Positions 42,101 through 57,100 of a DNA stretch of 64,000 bases are shown piece after piece. The notes beneath the pieces are model-generated. The model did not search any database. It worked only from the letters and a program-made list of their open reading frames with translations, and had not been told where the DNA came from. Position numbers and translations under genes: made by a program. The DNA comes from Gekko japonicus (lineage: Eukaryota): NCBI RefSeq assembly GCF_001447785.1, contig NW_015164305.1, positions 1 through 64,000 on the forward strand, given 5' to 3'. Each line of letters starts with the position of its first letter. The first letter of the stretch is position 1.

Positions 42101-45100
42101 TGATAAACAGTGCATCTCTAAGGTTTTCTTGTACAGGTTTTAACGGAGCTGATAGAGCATAATCTTTGTAAGGAGATGTGTAATGCAGGAACTCAGACAG
42201 GTCCCATATCACCTTACAAAGAATCTATTGGTAAGTATAGTTATTCTGAACTGTTCTCCTGTTGTTTGTCTTCAACACAGTGTAAGTTAATGCTTGTGAG
42301 AGAAAACAGTAATGTTGGGAAATACTGCAGATTTTCTGTACTGGCAGTTCCCTAGGAAGATGGGTGTATGACTGTTTATAAATATACTGCAATGCAAGAA
42401 ACGTGTGCAGCCCAGCTACACCCACACAACTCCAAAGATGTAGGGCAAATGGAACACTGACTCTCCATTCCCTCATATGTAAAGAAAACCAAAATACCAG
42501 CACATATAGTACACATGAAGTCATCCTCTTACACAACCCAAGAGAGAGCACTTCCAAAACATGATATGGTTCCTATGACTGCAATTAGTTCATTCAGCTA
42601 GTCAACAGTGACTTGTGGGATATGGAACCTCTAGAGCTTGGGGAAGGGGAAGAGGACACATTGCAATTGAAATGTTCACACTAAAAAATCCTTTCCAGCA
42701 CGCAGTGCATTCATCCTTTGCAACAATTGACACTCATAGCAAGTACTCCTGCCAGGCATCATGTCACCAGCCAAGAACATGCTACACTCCATTGTGTAAA
42801 CCAGGTCATAGACCAACTTGCTCAGATGCAAGTTGGAATTCCATGGCAGCCAGCTAAATTGGAGCTAGATACCTGCTTTTCCATCTTATTTCTGTATGTG
42901 CACACATATTGACTTTTTTAAAAATTTGAACTTTCTACTACCTTGCTACCCTTTTAACTAATTTCTTGGAAGCCTTTTCAGTAGAAGCTGGATAGATCAA
43001 TAACCTATGCTGATATAAAAAAGAAGAGTAGTAGTAGCCATGAGTAGAGGAAACCATTAAATTTAGTCACATTAAATGGGACATTGTGTTACATTTTTCC
43101 ATAGCTGAGAAACTTCAGCTGATTGATGAACAGTTTGCAGAGAAGTATCCTCAACACCACATATCTGAGTCTTTAGAAGTAAAACTTGTTGAATACAGAA
43201 AAGAAATAGAAGACCAGCTCCAAGCAGAAATGGCTCAAAAGGTCAGGAAAATGGAAGGGGAAAGAGGGGGATTTAATTATAGAACTCTTATATGATCATA
43301 AAGCATATGGCTTGTTTTGGTAGAATATATCCCCCTCAAATGATACAAAACAGTGATAAGAAAAGCAGAGGCTGAATATTTATTAACTAAGGTATTATTT
43401 TCATTATGAATAGCAGGAGTAATAACTTACTAGTTTACAAATGCACCTTTTCATCTTTCCCAATCCAAAGCTTTTGAATTGTTAAAAGTTGAGGGAGCGT
43501 ACATTTAGTGTTCATGTGGTACTTTCATTTTTTTAAAAATGTGGACAGTGCTTTAGAAGGGGTGGGGGACAAAAATGTATTACCTATTTTAGTAGTTAAA
43601 TAGTTGGCCAGTGCATCTTTCCATGCATTGCATAAGCAGTGCTAAATCCGGGGGGGGGGGGGGGAAAAAAAAAAAAAAAAATAAAAATGGAAGCTTATGG
43701 GAACTCTGACAGGTTGAGAAGCTGAATCAGACATTTCCTTGGGAGTGCAAGGAGCCTAGAGTTCGTATGGCTGCAGAAAAAGGGAACCTTGAGGCAAATG
43801 TCTGAGTAAAGACTGGAAGCTGAGGAAAAGAGAGCAGCGAGGAAGAGCATAATCAAAACTTTGTATGGAAAGGGGATGCTATACCAGGAAAACAGCAACA
43901 CACCAGACAATTTTGTTTGGTATGTGAGGCTTGTTGGCATGTAACCAAGGGTTACCTCCTGCATTTGGCAGAATAGAACCCTCCTCCTCCCTTTCCCCCT
44001 CCTCTCCCCCTCTGTTTTCATTTGCCACCACACAGTATCTGCCCAGGTACATGTTATGTGTCTTTGACACTTGATTCAAGAAAAGTTGAATTTCCCTGGG
44101 CTAGTGATGAGGGTTGTGGAGGGAAGAGGATGGGTCTGCTGGGAAGAAGGCAGTTACTTACAGTGCCCTTTTAAGCAAAGTTGCCTTTCCTCGTCCATTG
44201 AAATGTGGATCTGCTAATCTGCATAATTTCCCTTAGTGAAACTGTCATTTAAATTTATAATTTTATTTTAAACTTAACAGTTGCATCATTTCAAAAACGT
44301 TGAAATAGCTAAAATTAAAACGGATGAAAGAGCACGATCCCAGAAAGAAATCTCCGAACTTCGCAGAGAGTTTGAAAAAGATCACCAAGCCAAGTCAGAG
44401 GCTCTGACCTCACGTGAAAGAAATGCTATTGCGAGGCTTCAGAAGCAGCAAGAGGTAATGTTCAAAAGCTGGAACAAAATGGAATCTTTTGATTCAGAGG
44501 TGGATAGCCCAGTCTGGCTCAGTCTTATCTGATCTTGGAAGCTAAGCAGGGTTGGCCTTGGTTAGTGCTTGGGTGGGTAAACTACCAAGGATATCAATGT
44601 TGCTACACAGAGGCAGTTAGTGGCAAACCACTTCTGAATGTTTCTTACCTTAAAAACCCTGCAGGGTTGCTATAAGTTGGCTGTGACTTTTCACCGTGCC
44701 AGAAATATTTTGGGAATGATAGAAGTTTGCCTGATATAGCCTAGTTCATACACATGTCAGCCTGTAGCTTAAGTTTCCATGGTGAAGGATGGGCATCAAA
44801 GTCACACTTCACCATGCAATGTATGTTACTTCTAAGGTAGATACTAGCAAAGACAGAGTTGAGTTCAAGACCTTCATTAAAAAAAACATGGGTTGTGGTC
44901 TCAAGATGATCTGTGCATTAACTACCCCTATACACTCAATTTTGTTGTGTTTCCTAGTTTGCGCCTAAACTTATATTTAGGAAAAATGTTGCCATATCTT
45001 ACTTTTAGTGAGTGTGGCAGCATGCCAGGATTCTGTATTTGAAGAAGCAGGAACATATTTTCATTCCCTGTGTATTTTTTAGTCAGTTTTTGTAAAAAAA

Positions 45101-48100
45101 TCATGTATGCCCACCATTGGTTACATGCCAACAATCCTCACATACCAATCAAAATTGTCTCATGTCAAAATTGTCACTGGTGTAGCATCCCCCAAAGTTT
45201 CGATTACACTCTTCCTCAATACTCTGTTATGCTTATGCCCACATAAGCTAGTTTTCCTGAGTTCATTCTGTTTGATATTCTAATAGGAGTTAGGTCTATC
45301 AGCAAATTAACATGTGAACTCTGCCCCAATGGATAGTTACAGCAAGTCCTAAAGAGCTAGGGTAGAAGCAGCTACTGCTTCTCAAGATCATGTGGAACTT
45401 TCTGAAGTTGCTTTCTGGGTGGCCTATAACAAAAAATGTTTTTTAATAGATTGATGCCAGAGAGATTTATGTACAAAGACAAAGTCTGCTAAAAGATATT
45501 GAAACAATAAGAAGTCGAGAGGTGGAACTGAAGCAGAGAATGGAAGCTTTTGACCTGTGAGTTACTGAACATGGAATTACTTGGTTTGGGAAAGTCTCCC
45601 ATCTTTTTTTTTTTTAAACAAACTTTTATTATTCGGATATAACAACATGCTCAATATTACAACTTTTCTTTCAACAATATACCCTTTTCTCATATCTCCT
45701 CCCCCCCCTTCTCTTGGCCTCCCGCAATGCTCCTACCCCCTCATTTCCTTTTCACTGCTCAATTCTTAGTTTACATTAAAACTACTTATTTTCAATTCAT
45801 CAATTACTACTTCTTCATTATCGATTTTTCAGGTAACATTATAACCATCTATTCAGTCATTTTCTTTTTCGTATTCTGTTCTTAATAACTATCAAAGCAA
45901 AGTAAATTGTTTTTAACATCCCAATTAGTCTTCACCTATTCTTTGAAGTCTATCCATTCTGCAAAAAATTCTTCATCTTCTTTATTAAGTTTCCTTGTCA
46001 ATTTGTCCATTTCTGCCATAAAAAAGCATTTTCTTTATCCATTCCCATTTCTCTGCCACTGTCTTGTTTCCAAGATTGTGCGTAAGTCATTCTGGCAGTT
46101 GTGATCAGATACCATAACAATGTTCTTTTTGTTACGTTTACTTCCTCCATCTTAAGCCCTAGAAGTAATATCTCTGGTTCCTTTTTAAATGTACATTTCA
46201 GGATTTTCTGCGTTTCATTATGGACCTCCGTCCAAAAAGCCCCAGCTTTGTCACAAGTCCACCACATATGGGAAAAAGAGCCTTTTTTCTTACACTTCCA
46301 ACACTTATTAGACATATTCTCATTCATGTTTGCTATTTTTTTAGGCGTCATATACCATCTATACATCATTTTATAACAATTTTCCTTCAAATTATTACAA
46401 GTCGAAATTTTCATTGACTTTTTCCACAAACATTTCCAAGATGACATAGTTATTTCTTTATTCATGTTTATAGCACAGAAAGTCTCCCATATTTGACAAT
46501 GCTTTAGTTTCTTTGAAATTGTTTTTATTTTACTAAATGTTATATCTACTGAAACATTTTATGCAACTGGCTTGAGTTCATTCCCTGTCATTATCCTGTT
46601 CAGAGTGGTTGTGTGGCAATTTCTTGACCATCTACATGTTGATGCCAGTTTATGTTAATTATTTTGCCATTTCTGTTGCTGAATGTGTACCAGAATGAGA
46701 GGCTTATAAAGCAAAATTGGCCTTCAATAGTTTCTGATTTTAATTCTGTTTGGCATTCTAAGGTTACAGTTAAGAGAGAAGGTAATGTAGCAAGTGAGAA
46801 AAATCCTCTGATCAGCCAGTAGAGGGCGCACCTAAACCACTGAAATAGAAAAATATGGTACTCTTTTAATCCAAAAATAATATGGATTTAATATATTGAG
46901 CAAGGATCTCCCAGGATTTCATGATTGGGCAGTCAGCCTCATCAAACCCTTTGGAGCTCTCCATGTGCTCTGCAGTACCTTTACCACAACCCCAAATAAA
47001 CCAGTAGCAAATTATACCTTTGGTAGGGCAAACGGGCTGATTTGCTGTCAATTGCTGCTGATTTGCTGTCAATTGTGATAGAGTTGGACAGTTGCAATAT
47101 GCAATATGCTTTTATTTGGAAAATTTATATACTGCCTATGTAGAAGATGCTCAAGGCAGCTTACAATTAAAACAATAAGGCAAACCATTAAATCACAGGA
47201 AGCAGTTCTAGAAGCTGGCTCTCAGGTGTTGCTGCTCCTTAGAGCAATGCCTCCAGGTCTCAGTGGCCAGTCCCTGAGAAAGAGGAGTCTAGAGGATAAG
47301 CCACAACATGTGGCAAAGGGTATGTGCTTCAGAGACTGCCTGAAACCTCACCTGAGCTGCTGTAAAAGAAAAGGGACCAGTGTAATAAGAGACTTTCCCA
47401 TGATGTTTTGGACATTTCTGTTCCCCAGATTTAACCTGTTACAGTGGCTTTCTTTGTATTTTTTGTCGTCCCAGGGCTCAGAAGCTTCAAGAATCAAAAA
47501 ATAAAACTGTTGAAGATGCTCTTCATCGTCGAGAGGTAGCTGTGAAGACTACTGAGGAGACTTATGATCAGAAACTGAAAAGTGAACTCCTGAAGTACTG
47601 TATTTGTTATTTTCTTTCAGGGGCTGTGTGTGTACCACAAAATCAGTGAAATGGACTGTGAAGGCAAATAACCAGTATAAAAGACCAAGGGCTGAACATT
47701 TTATTGAACATTTTTAAATACTAGGGAAGTGTGAGAGATGGAGTAGGTAAGGGCTTATGGAGTTTACAGTAGCTGCTGTTGCAGAGACAACAAGGCTAAT
47801 GCAAGAACCTACTGCCTCATTATCCGACAGTAGCGACCTAGAGCTAGGGATGCTGTGAATTTCATGTTGAGCACTACATCATGCTCAACTGCTACACCTG
47901 GCTGTGGGCTAAGACTTGCATCTCCTTTCCTTGCTGTGGTTTGCCTTCAGCAGCTGCTGAATAGTGAGTTGGGGGGGAGGTGTTTGCTAGGCAGTGCTAG
48001 CCCCCTTGCATTTCTTCCTTCCCCTGTTGCTGTGTGGGAGGCCACTTGTGATTCCCCCTCCCCCACTGCAGTAGTGACGGGGGGGGGGGGGGGGCCCGGC

Positions 48101-51100
48101 ACAGACAGGTGCAATCCTTTTCTCCTCTCATGTATCATGGAATAGTACATCAGGCAAATCGTTCTTTTGAGGAGTCAGTTCCCTAATTACCACAAGCAGG
48201 CTGCTGATGGGTGTTTGAACATCGCTTCCTGGAACCCTGCTTGGGCTGTGAGTAGTATTCATTAGTAAGCCAGTTAGTGTTTCCTTAGTGAGCCAGTTAG
48301 TGAGTTGATTTTCCCACTAGATACTCAGATAAAATAGGACCAAAAGAGACATGCAAAGAAGATCACAGATCTCCATCAGAAGATGATAAATAGCCTTTTC
48401 TGATGTTGAGTCAGCATTTACTAGATTAGAAAATTTTACATTTAGGAAACTCTCCTATTTGGAGCATTTTACTGTCTTGAGCATCGTATTGAGGTTTTGA
48501 TAGCTAGAAAATGTGTTGATGATACAAAAGGCAATTGGTTAAGCATTTAAGATGATCATCAGATAGCCCCATGTAATAATTTTATTTCTAGGTATCAGCT
48601 GGAACTGAAGGAGGAATACATAACTAGAACCAAGAAGATTGCCGAAGAAGAGAAAAAGAATAAAGGTGACTGGGTGGGAAGTTTGACTTCTGTACATTTG
48701 CTCAGAATGTATCTGATATCGTTTTATTGATTTTTGGTCATTCAGAGAGAGCTGTGTTTTTACATCAAGAGGCAATTTCTGTTGAGTCAAAAAAGGAAGC
48801 ATTCAAACAAGCCGTTGCACGTGCAAAAGAGCTTGAGGTAATTGAAACTCTCATGTACATGTTTTAGTAGTGTATGTAGACAATTTGGAGAAATAATTTT
48901 TAAGAATAAATGTATTCTCACATGAATAGTCTAATAACTCTATCTAATGGTTGTTTTTTTAATTATTCCCAGCGGGAACTAGATTCAGTCAAAGCTCAAG
49001 ATTTGTTGTTAAGTAAGCAGAATCAATTGTTGACTGAAAAACTGAAAGAAGTCTCTGATTATCCTTTGCTAAAAGAGGAGAAAATGAAGCTTCAGGTTCA
49101 GATTAAGATACTTGAACAACAGTTGGAGGAGGCATGCAGTGAGAACGTACAACTCAGAGACAGTAGGAATCTGTTTTGTATTATTTTCTAGGGGGTTTGT
49201 CAACAACAGTTTGCACATGTAATACACTTTTAGAAACTTGGAGGTGCTCTTCTTGTTGAGTGACTGTTTTTTGTTCTAGTATATTAGGTTTTCAAAGTTC
49301 CAAAATTTCAAATTAGAAATTTCCCCCCAAAACACAACGAACAATTGAATATGTGTGTTTTTGTGTGACTGACATTGGCACTTATTAGTCAGAACTAGTG
49401 GCATCATTGTGCTTTTTTTTCTTTAAGTTCAGTGAAGATTCAACTCATAACTGCTTAATCTCAAGAGTATTCATGTAGCTCTTTAAGAACAAAACAGTGC
49501 AGGGTTATTATTTTTGTGGTCATTGCTTTAAGAGGCCTTTCTTATTTTTAATATTTCCTTCTGTATGCCAAAGGTGGAAATGTGCTAGAGCAGATGACTT
49601 CATTGTAGTAAACAAATAGGGTTTGTCTGTGCTGCAAGACGTCTTCCATTAGGTTTGTGTAATGATCGCACTATGGTTGAAAGTGTCAGTTGGTTTGCAG
49701 TGGAAGAGTAAGATTCAAGTCCAGTAGCTACTTAAAGACCAACAAGATTTCCAGGGTATATCTGATGGAGGGAGCTTTGACTCTCAAAAGCTCATACCCC
49801 TGGAAATCTTGTCAGTCTTTAAGGTGCTACTGGACTGCCAACTGGCTCTGCTACTGTTGAAGGAGTTGAGCTAGTGTCACTGCAAGGCTTAGGGTGGTCT
49901 TCTCTTTTATTGTCTCAAAAATGATGATTACTTAGGCGTAAGCCTTTCTTCATGCCCAAGTAGTAGTGGGTATAAAGAAGCCACTGAAGGAAAGCTTCCT
50001 TGGGTTGAGAAACATCCTGTCACAGCAAAAGAAGAGGTAGAGAGGGGAGTGTACTTTTCTTAAAGGGACCCACAAATGGGACTTAATGTTTAAAACTTAC
50101 TTGTCAGCCCTTAATTCTGTTCCAAAGTTTGCTCCTTCATACTGGTTCATTGTGCTGCATTATCCCAAGCTTATGTAACTTTTTTGGGGGGAGGGAGTCT
50201 TAATCACTGAGGGTCTAACTGCCCAATGTGCTTTGAACTCCATCTGCGGAGGTCCCAGCGTTTTTTAAATTCACCAGACATGCAGAGCTCTGATTTGGGT
50301 TGGGACTGCCTTTTGAGGGAAGGGGCTTTCCAGCCTTCTTGCCTCCAATGTTTTTGACTGGGAAAATGGCATGGGAGAACAGGCTTAAAAGTCCCCTTAC
50401 ACCACAGCCCAGACCTAAATTAAGTGATTTTGGGAGAGGAAACCCTCTGGGAGCTTCATGCAGCATATTATGTAGTTAGGCCCTGAAGGATGCAGAAAAG
50501 GAGACTTAGCTCTTTTTTTTCACAGAAAGAACTTTAAAGATCTGTACATACTGTTTGAATTCTAATGGTACATTGCACTAATGGGTGTAGGTGAATGTTT
50601 GGTTACAGAATATGGTTACAGGGTGCTAATTTGTTAGATAAAATTATGCCCTAACTAACATTGTAGGATTGTAAATTCATGACTAAAATTACCACCTCAT
50701 ATTCTACTTTTATAGAGCTGACTCAACCATCATCTGAATATATTGTCCTTCAAGCAGAGCTGAAAAGAGTAGAACAAGCTAGAAAACTTGAACATGATGA
50801 GTCTGAAACGCATAAGCAGCTCCTGGAAAAGCAATTACAAAATGAGGTAGTCTTTGCCGTTTTGCAGATATTTATGCTTCCCTTTATGCTGTACCCTTTG
50901 TTAAACAGCCTTTTGTTTTAAAAAAAATCCCATCGGAGAAATAACAAAATAGATTTATGCAGAAATTCTGTCATCCATGTTTTCCCTCAATCTGCATTAA
51001 GGGTTACAACTATAAAAATAAACCAACCTTGGAAATGCACTGTTAGCAGTGAAAGCAGTGTGCATCCTCTGCACTTCACCCTCCTGAAATGGGAGCCCTG

Positions 51101-54100
51101 TAGTAATATTGCTGAATGTCTGCTTAAGGAAGTGGTACATCTCCCTTTTCTTTCTTTCTGTGAGTTCATATTCTTCTGCCCTTCCTAAAAGGTTATCGAC
51201 AAAGCCGCTGAAACTGTTGTACAAATATATAGTTACACATCAGTGACTGTGAGGAGCTACATATAGGGTACAACATGCAACTGCTCAATTTTTGCATGTA
51301 TATACTTCTAAGTTAAGGTCACTATTATTTCAACAAACATTTTATTACTGCCTTGACAAAAATGAAACTCTTGTAGATTGGGTTTTCCCGCCCTGGACTA
51401 AGAGCTTATTTGTAAAAGCACGTTTTCCCTTTGAAATCTTTATTTAGGTCGATAATTGTGTAAAACTAAAGAAACAATTGTCAGAATGTGAAAATACAAT
51501 CAGGAAGTTAAATGCACGAGTAGAAGACCTGAAGTTACAACTAAAGCAAACACGAACAGGTTTGATCTTTTTTCCCCTCCTCCAAACTGAATCTATTAAT
51601 TTGATCCATTGCAGAATTAGGTACACCTATGACCATCAATCTAAAGTAGGCTGTATGGAGTACAATATTCTTTACAGCATTTCCATGAAATTGCTGGTAC
51701 CAGTCTGTTAATGCACACACACTGTGAAGCACTTAATAGTTGATGTATGGTAAATACAAGGCATTGGGTTGGGTTCAAACTTTCTGGTTTGCCGTTATGC
51801 CTTCTTCTGACTTCAGAAGGCTCTTAGCACAGCATAAACTTTGAATGTTGTGTTTTCTTATGAAAACATAGAACTTGATATTTGGTATTGTGCGAACTTC
51901 ATTTAAAGCATTGTTAGTAGATATGGAGGAAAATCTTGAGTATTCAGTTACTGAATGCTGAGTAATTAGAAGAGTCTAGGTAAGTAGTCAAGGGAAAGGA
52001 AAAAGTCTATCCTCAAAGTAACACATTTTCAAATCTTTCTACCCTTTCATTCCATTCTATCACTCTGTTGCTTATACAGAAATTGTTAATATTTCAAACC
52101 CTAAAAGTTCGATATAAATTTGAATTTCTTTGATGCAGAATTTAAGTTCATAAGAGCCGTAGGGCAGAAATATAGTAGTATAATAACATGGTTCCTCCTT
52201 GTCATTATTGCACCTTTGAGAAACTGGGTGAAATCCTACTTAGGTGTGTTCAGTGGGGCTTAGTCCCAGGGAAGTGTTGATAGCATTGCAATGTAAATGC
52301 CACTCCCCCCACGCCAGGGTTGTTTTTTTCTCCTTCAAATCTGTTTCTTTCACAAAATGCCATAATGTAGCACACTAAACTGTAGTCATTTGGTGAAATA
52401 AAATGTTGTGCTTGGGTATACCCTTTATTAGAAAGACTAATGTATGTCTGACAGTATCAAGAGAACTATATAATTATTTCCCCAAATATATTGGAAAATC
52501 TTTGTACTTGCCATGTAATCAGTGTATTCAGATCATGGTTAAAGGCAAGAACCAGGTTATTTTCAAACTGAATAGCTAAAACTCATTTTAACGTAGTATG
52601 CATCTTGTGTTACGTACAACAAAATTCAGATGTCTACGTATGTTTACACACAGATGCCTTGTGTACCACTGTTCATTTTAGTATAATGTGCAAAGGATTG
52701 TAACCTTACACTGAAGTAAATATGAGGATGCTTTCAGGATGAAGGGAATTAATTGTTTTCACTGGAGACCTTGTAGCTACACCAGTATCTGGTTGAAACT
52801 ACTTGGAAGCTTTAGCACCAACATACAAATATGGCATGGGAATTATGAGGAATTAGAATGACACAGTATCAGTAATTATGTATATCTTGTGAAGAAGAGA
52901 AGAAATTGGATTTATACCCCGCTTTTCGGTTGAAGTTTCAGAGCGGCTTACAAACTCCTTTCCCTTCCCCTCCCCACAACAGACACCCTGTGAGGTAGAC
53001 AGGGCTGAGAGCTCTTTTCAGACTGTCCTTGAGAGAACAGCTCTGACAGAACTATGGCTTGTCCAAGGTCATCCAGCAGGTGCAAGTGGGGGAGTGGGGA
53101 ATCAAACCTGGTTCTCCCAGATTAGAGTCCACGCACTTAACCACTACACCAAACTGGCTCTAAAGGTTTATAGTTATGTTTGTATACTATCTAGGAAGTG
53201 AAAAATGCCTCAAGTACACAGAAACATAGGAGAATCTTTTGGGCCAGGACTTCATAAAATAGTGTCCTTTTAATCTCAGTGTGGAATCAGAGATTGTTTC
53301 CTGTTTGCAAACCATCAGATGGTAAAATGAAGTTAAAACATTTACAGATTGTTTGTATTTTGATTTGTGCTTGCTGTTGAATATCTTATTCTTTTGTGTT
53401 AGAAAACTAGAAGAAACCCTATTTGTTTTTTTAAATACCAAATGAGATACCAAACAACATCTGTCTAATGAGTGATTTGGTTCCCTGAGATAAACCTGCA
53501 TGAGTAGAAGCACTTCTGCTTCTCTCCCCCCCCCCCCCCATTTCACTTCAGGTGCAATCTCTTGTGCGTTTCTCCAAAACTTACACCTGAGGTTTGAGGG
53601 CTCCCCAGAGCAGAATGAAGGGGGACTGTCATGGGGGACTGGAGCAGGGCTGGATGGTGGAGATAGATATCCCTCTGCTCATTGGGCAGAAGTACTTGTG
53701 TTAGAACAAGTGGATGTTTAAATTCAAGTTTGTATTTTTTTATTTTATGTATTAAAAACCCCTTGGAAAATGAAGTTAGGTTATTTGTTTGTGAACTCAG
53801 GATATAGTCAACCAGGTACAGCTGCAGAGCATTTGCTGTTGCCTTTCAGTAGGTTTTTGTTTTCGGTTTACTGGCTTTATGTATTCTATTCCTAAAAGCT
53901 GGAATTAGGAGTTTTTTGTATGAAAATCTTACGTTCTATTCTTCCCTGTCTAGCACTAGAGAATGAAGTGTATCGGAATCCTAAACCATCTTTTGTCAAT
54001 CGTTCTGTCGTTGACTTTGCTGGTGATAGCACTGTGCCTCGTGATATTTATATAGAGGGTGCTTTCTTAAACTCTCTGCCTGTAACTGGTGATATTGGAA

Positions 54101-57100
54101 TGGAAAATGTTGCAAATCTCAATCCTCGTCATACCCGGAAATCCACAACTTCACCGGATTCTGATTTAGAATTTGTAGCTAATACTAAGGCTAGGATAAA
54201 AGAATTAGAGAGAGAAGCTGAATATTTAGAAGAAGCCTACAGAAATTACCAGCACAGAGTCATTCAGAGCTGTGTCGGTCCAGCAAAGACCCAGTCCTCT
54301 TCACCTTTATCTTCTCACCAAAGACTTTGGTTTGCGCAGGATGACCTACCCTCCCAAGATGTTGCCTTTAGTCATACAAAAAGTAAAAAATATAACTGGA
54401 CACCAGGAAATGGGTATCAGTTGAAAAATCATCTGACCCCCCCACAAAAAAGAGCTGTTTCTTCCAGGCGTCTGTCTTCTACACCAGTTTCCAAGGCAAA
54501 GAGAAACATCAGTAACAAACTGTTTTCTGAAGGTAAACAATTTTGTACTTGTGAATTACAGGATTGCATATAATAACTTAAAACTTTACAAGTGATAGTT
54601 GCTGCATTGTGTGGATAACCATATCTAATTACTCATGTAGTGTTTAGTACATAATAGCAGAAGAAGAGGAGATTGGATTTATACCCCGCCCTTCACTACC
54701 CAAAGGTGTCTCAAAGCGGCTTACAAACTCCTTCCCCTTCCCCTCCCCACAACAGACACCTTGTGAGGTAGGTGGGGCTGAGAGAGCTCTGTCAGAAACT
54801 GCCCTTTTTCAAGAACAGCTCTTACCAGAGCTGCAGCTTGCCCAAGGCCATCCAGCCAGGTGCAAGTGAAGGAGTGGGGACTGGGGAATCAAACCCGGTT
54901 CTCCCAGATTAGAGTCCGCACACTTAACCACTACACCAAACTGGCTATAAATAATAGATTAGCATCTTCTGCTTCATGCCATTCCCATTTTGCTTCCTGT
55001 GTGGAAGCAAACTTTTTAAACCTTATTTAACCTTATCCAACCTGTCTTTTTAAGACCCTCTAAACATTAACAGGGGGTAGTCAGTGTTGTGCTCTTGTCT
55101 AGATCCACTGTTTATGCATGGAGATAATGAGGATAATGCTATGGGGAAACTTCTCGTACTTTTTGCTGCATTGAAATGGTTCCTTCTAATCTGTAAAATA
55201 GGACATGACAGTATCAGTTCTTGTTTATCCAAGAAATACAGAATATCCAAAGTATGTCCACTATTGTCTTCCCTTTTACCTACAATCTGGAAGATTGTAG
55301 AAACTGGTGTATTCTTAAAAAAGAAAAGAAAAGAATGGGGCACTTTGTAGCAAGTTTTCTGGCCCCACTAACATGCCTTTACTTGGCAGGGAACATTTAT
55401 TCAGTTTCAATGGTACATGCAGAAGACCTTTATTTGCATGGATTGCCATAATTGGAGAGTCACAGGTTACAAAGCAATCCACCAATTGTGAAATTTTACG
55501 ATGTTAAGTTTTGAGGACATTCTTTTTTAAAAAGTGAAAATCCCATTAAGTCTTTCAGAGTAGTGATCAATATTTGAAATTGCAGGCCTTTCCCACTGCA
55601 ATGAGAATTCATGAATATCAGTCATGTAGTTGTGGTAGTTGTAAGTATTTTATCAGTTCCAGGTACATTCAGGCACTACAGTAGCAGAATTACTAGTCAC
55701 TTTCTGTTTTGCAGATACAGGCGTGTCCTGCCTTGCAGCATCCCATCAGGGTGTTGACCAGCCTCTCTCTCCTATTCTGAGAACAGAAAATCCTTCACCG
55801 CCTGACTCTGCTTCTAACACCTCAGCAGCTTCTTCTCCAGTGCCCAGTGAGCAAAAGATGAGGTACATATTGCTTTATATATAATGGAGAAGTAATCATC
55901 TCATGTGTCTCATAGATATATCTTTCAATAGTTTTAATCAAGTGTTTTTCCAAGAGGTTTGTCTCCAGGTACCCCAGAAGCATAGGGATATATCAGGTGC
56001 TTCCTGGCATAGTACTTGTAAACCAGAATGCTTGGGACACTTCCCTCAATCATCATTTTCTTGCTGTTAATGAACTGCATGATGCTGTACCTTGTAATTC
56101 CAAAACAGGTAGAGCAAATAGCAGTCCTCTTGCAAGCAGGCCAGCTGCTATTGATGAGTGAGCATGTGAGTGAATGTTCTGGCTATATGTTGGCTTGTGT
56201 TCTGACAGCCATATCATCTGGATGGATAATAGCTTTAGCCATGGTGACGGGTGAGTGACTTTTGAAGGTGGTAAATCAGGAAAGAGCTAGGGAATGTAGA
56301 GGGATGCAGAATGAAACATTATGAAATCATGAGTTTGGACCATGTTCATCAATTGGTTCATCACCCTTTGTTACCACAGAAATGCCACATTTTCCTGAAA
56401 TGCTGAGTTACTGCCCACACTTTGATTGCACCTAGGCTTCCAAGGGCTGATGCAATGTGAAGCCTTTCATGGGCAGTAGTCACAACTACCTACTGAGGAA
56501 GCAGTAAAAACTGTTGTTATCATGAATAGCTACCTTGGTTAAAAGATCTAACTGGAGTACCAAGTTGTAACTCCATTAGCTTCCAATTGTTAAACCACCC
56601 AAGTCTTTCTGGGTTGCCTTTGTAAAGTGCTGTGTACCTTGATGGCTGGTACTATTGCCAATTTGTAAAATTGCTTTATTCCTTTTCCTTCTAGTTTTCA
56701 TCAACAGGAGGATGAAAATCAGAATGTTAGTGATTCTGCGAATCCCAAGAAACACATGTATGAAGACCTTGAAAGTAATGACTCTGCCAACAAATGTATG
56801 TGTTTACTGTATTTGTTAGATAGTAGGGAACTTTTTTATTTTGCCTCTGCATAGCAATCCTGGACCTCCTTGGTGGTCTCCCATCCAAATAATAACCAGG
56901 GCCAACCCTCCTTAGCTTCTGTGATCTGACGAGATCAGGCTAGCCTGGGCTATCTGGGTCAGAACAGAACCTTTAGTGCTGGGGACCTAACTTCTTAGAA
57001 GCCAGGAAATGTAGAAGCATGAGCTCTGTTATCTGAGCTTTATTGATATCTAGAGCAAATTCACAGAAAGTCAGCAACGTATATCTGACATCTGTATAAT

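Noticed and set aside
44503-44690. 5S rRNA gene (also 56850, 57785, 18959)
   Set aside because: Diverged, lacks the 5S 5' end and terminator, and has non-5S leader and tail. These are SINEs.
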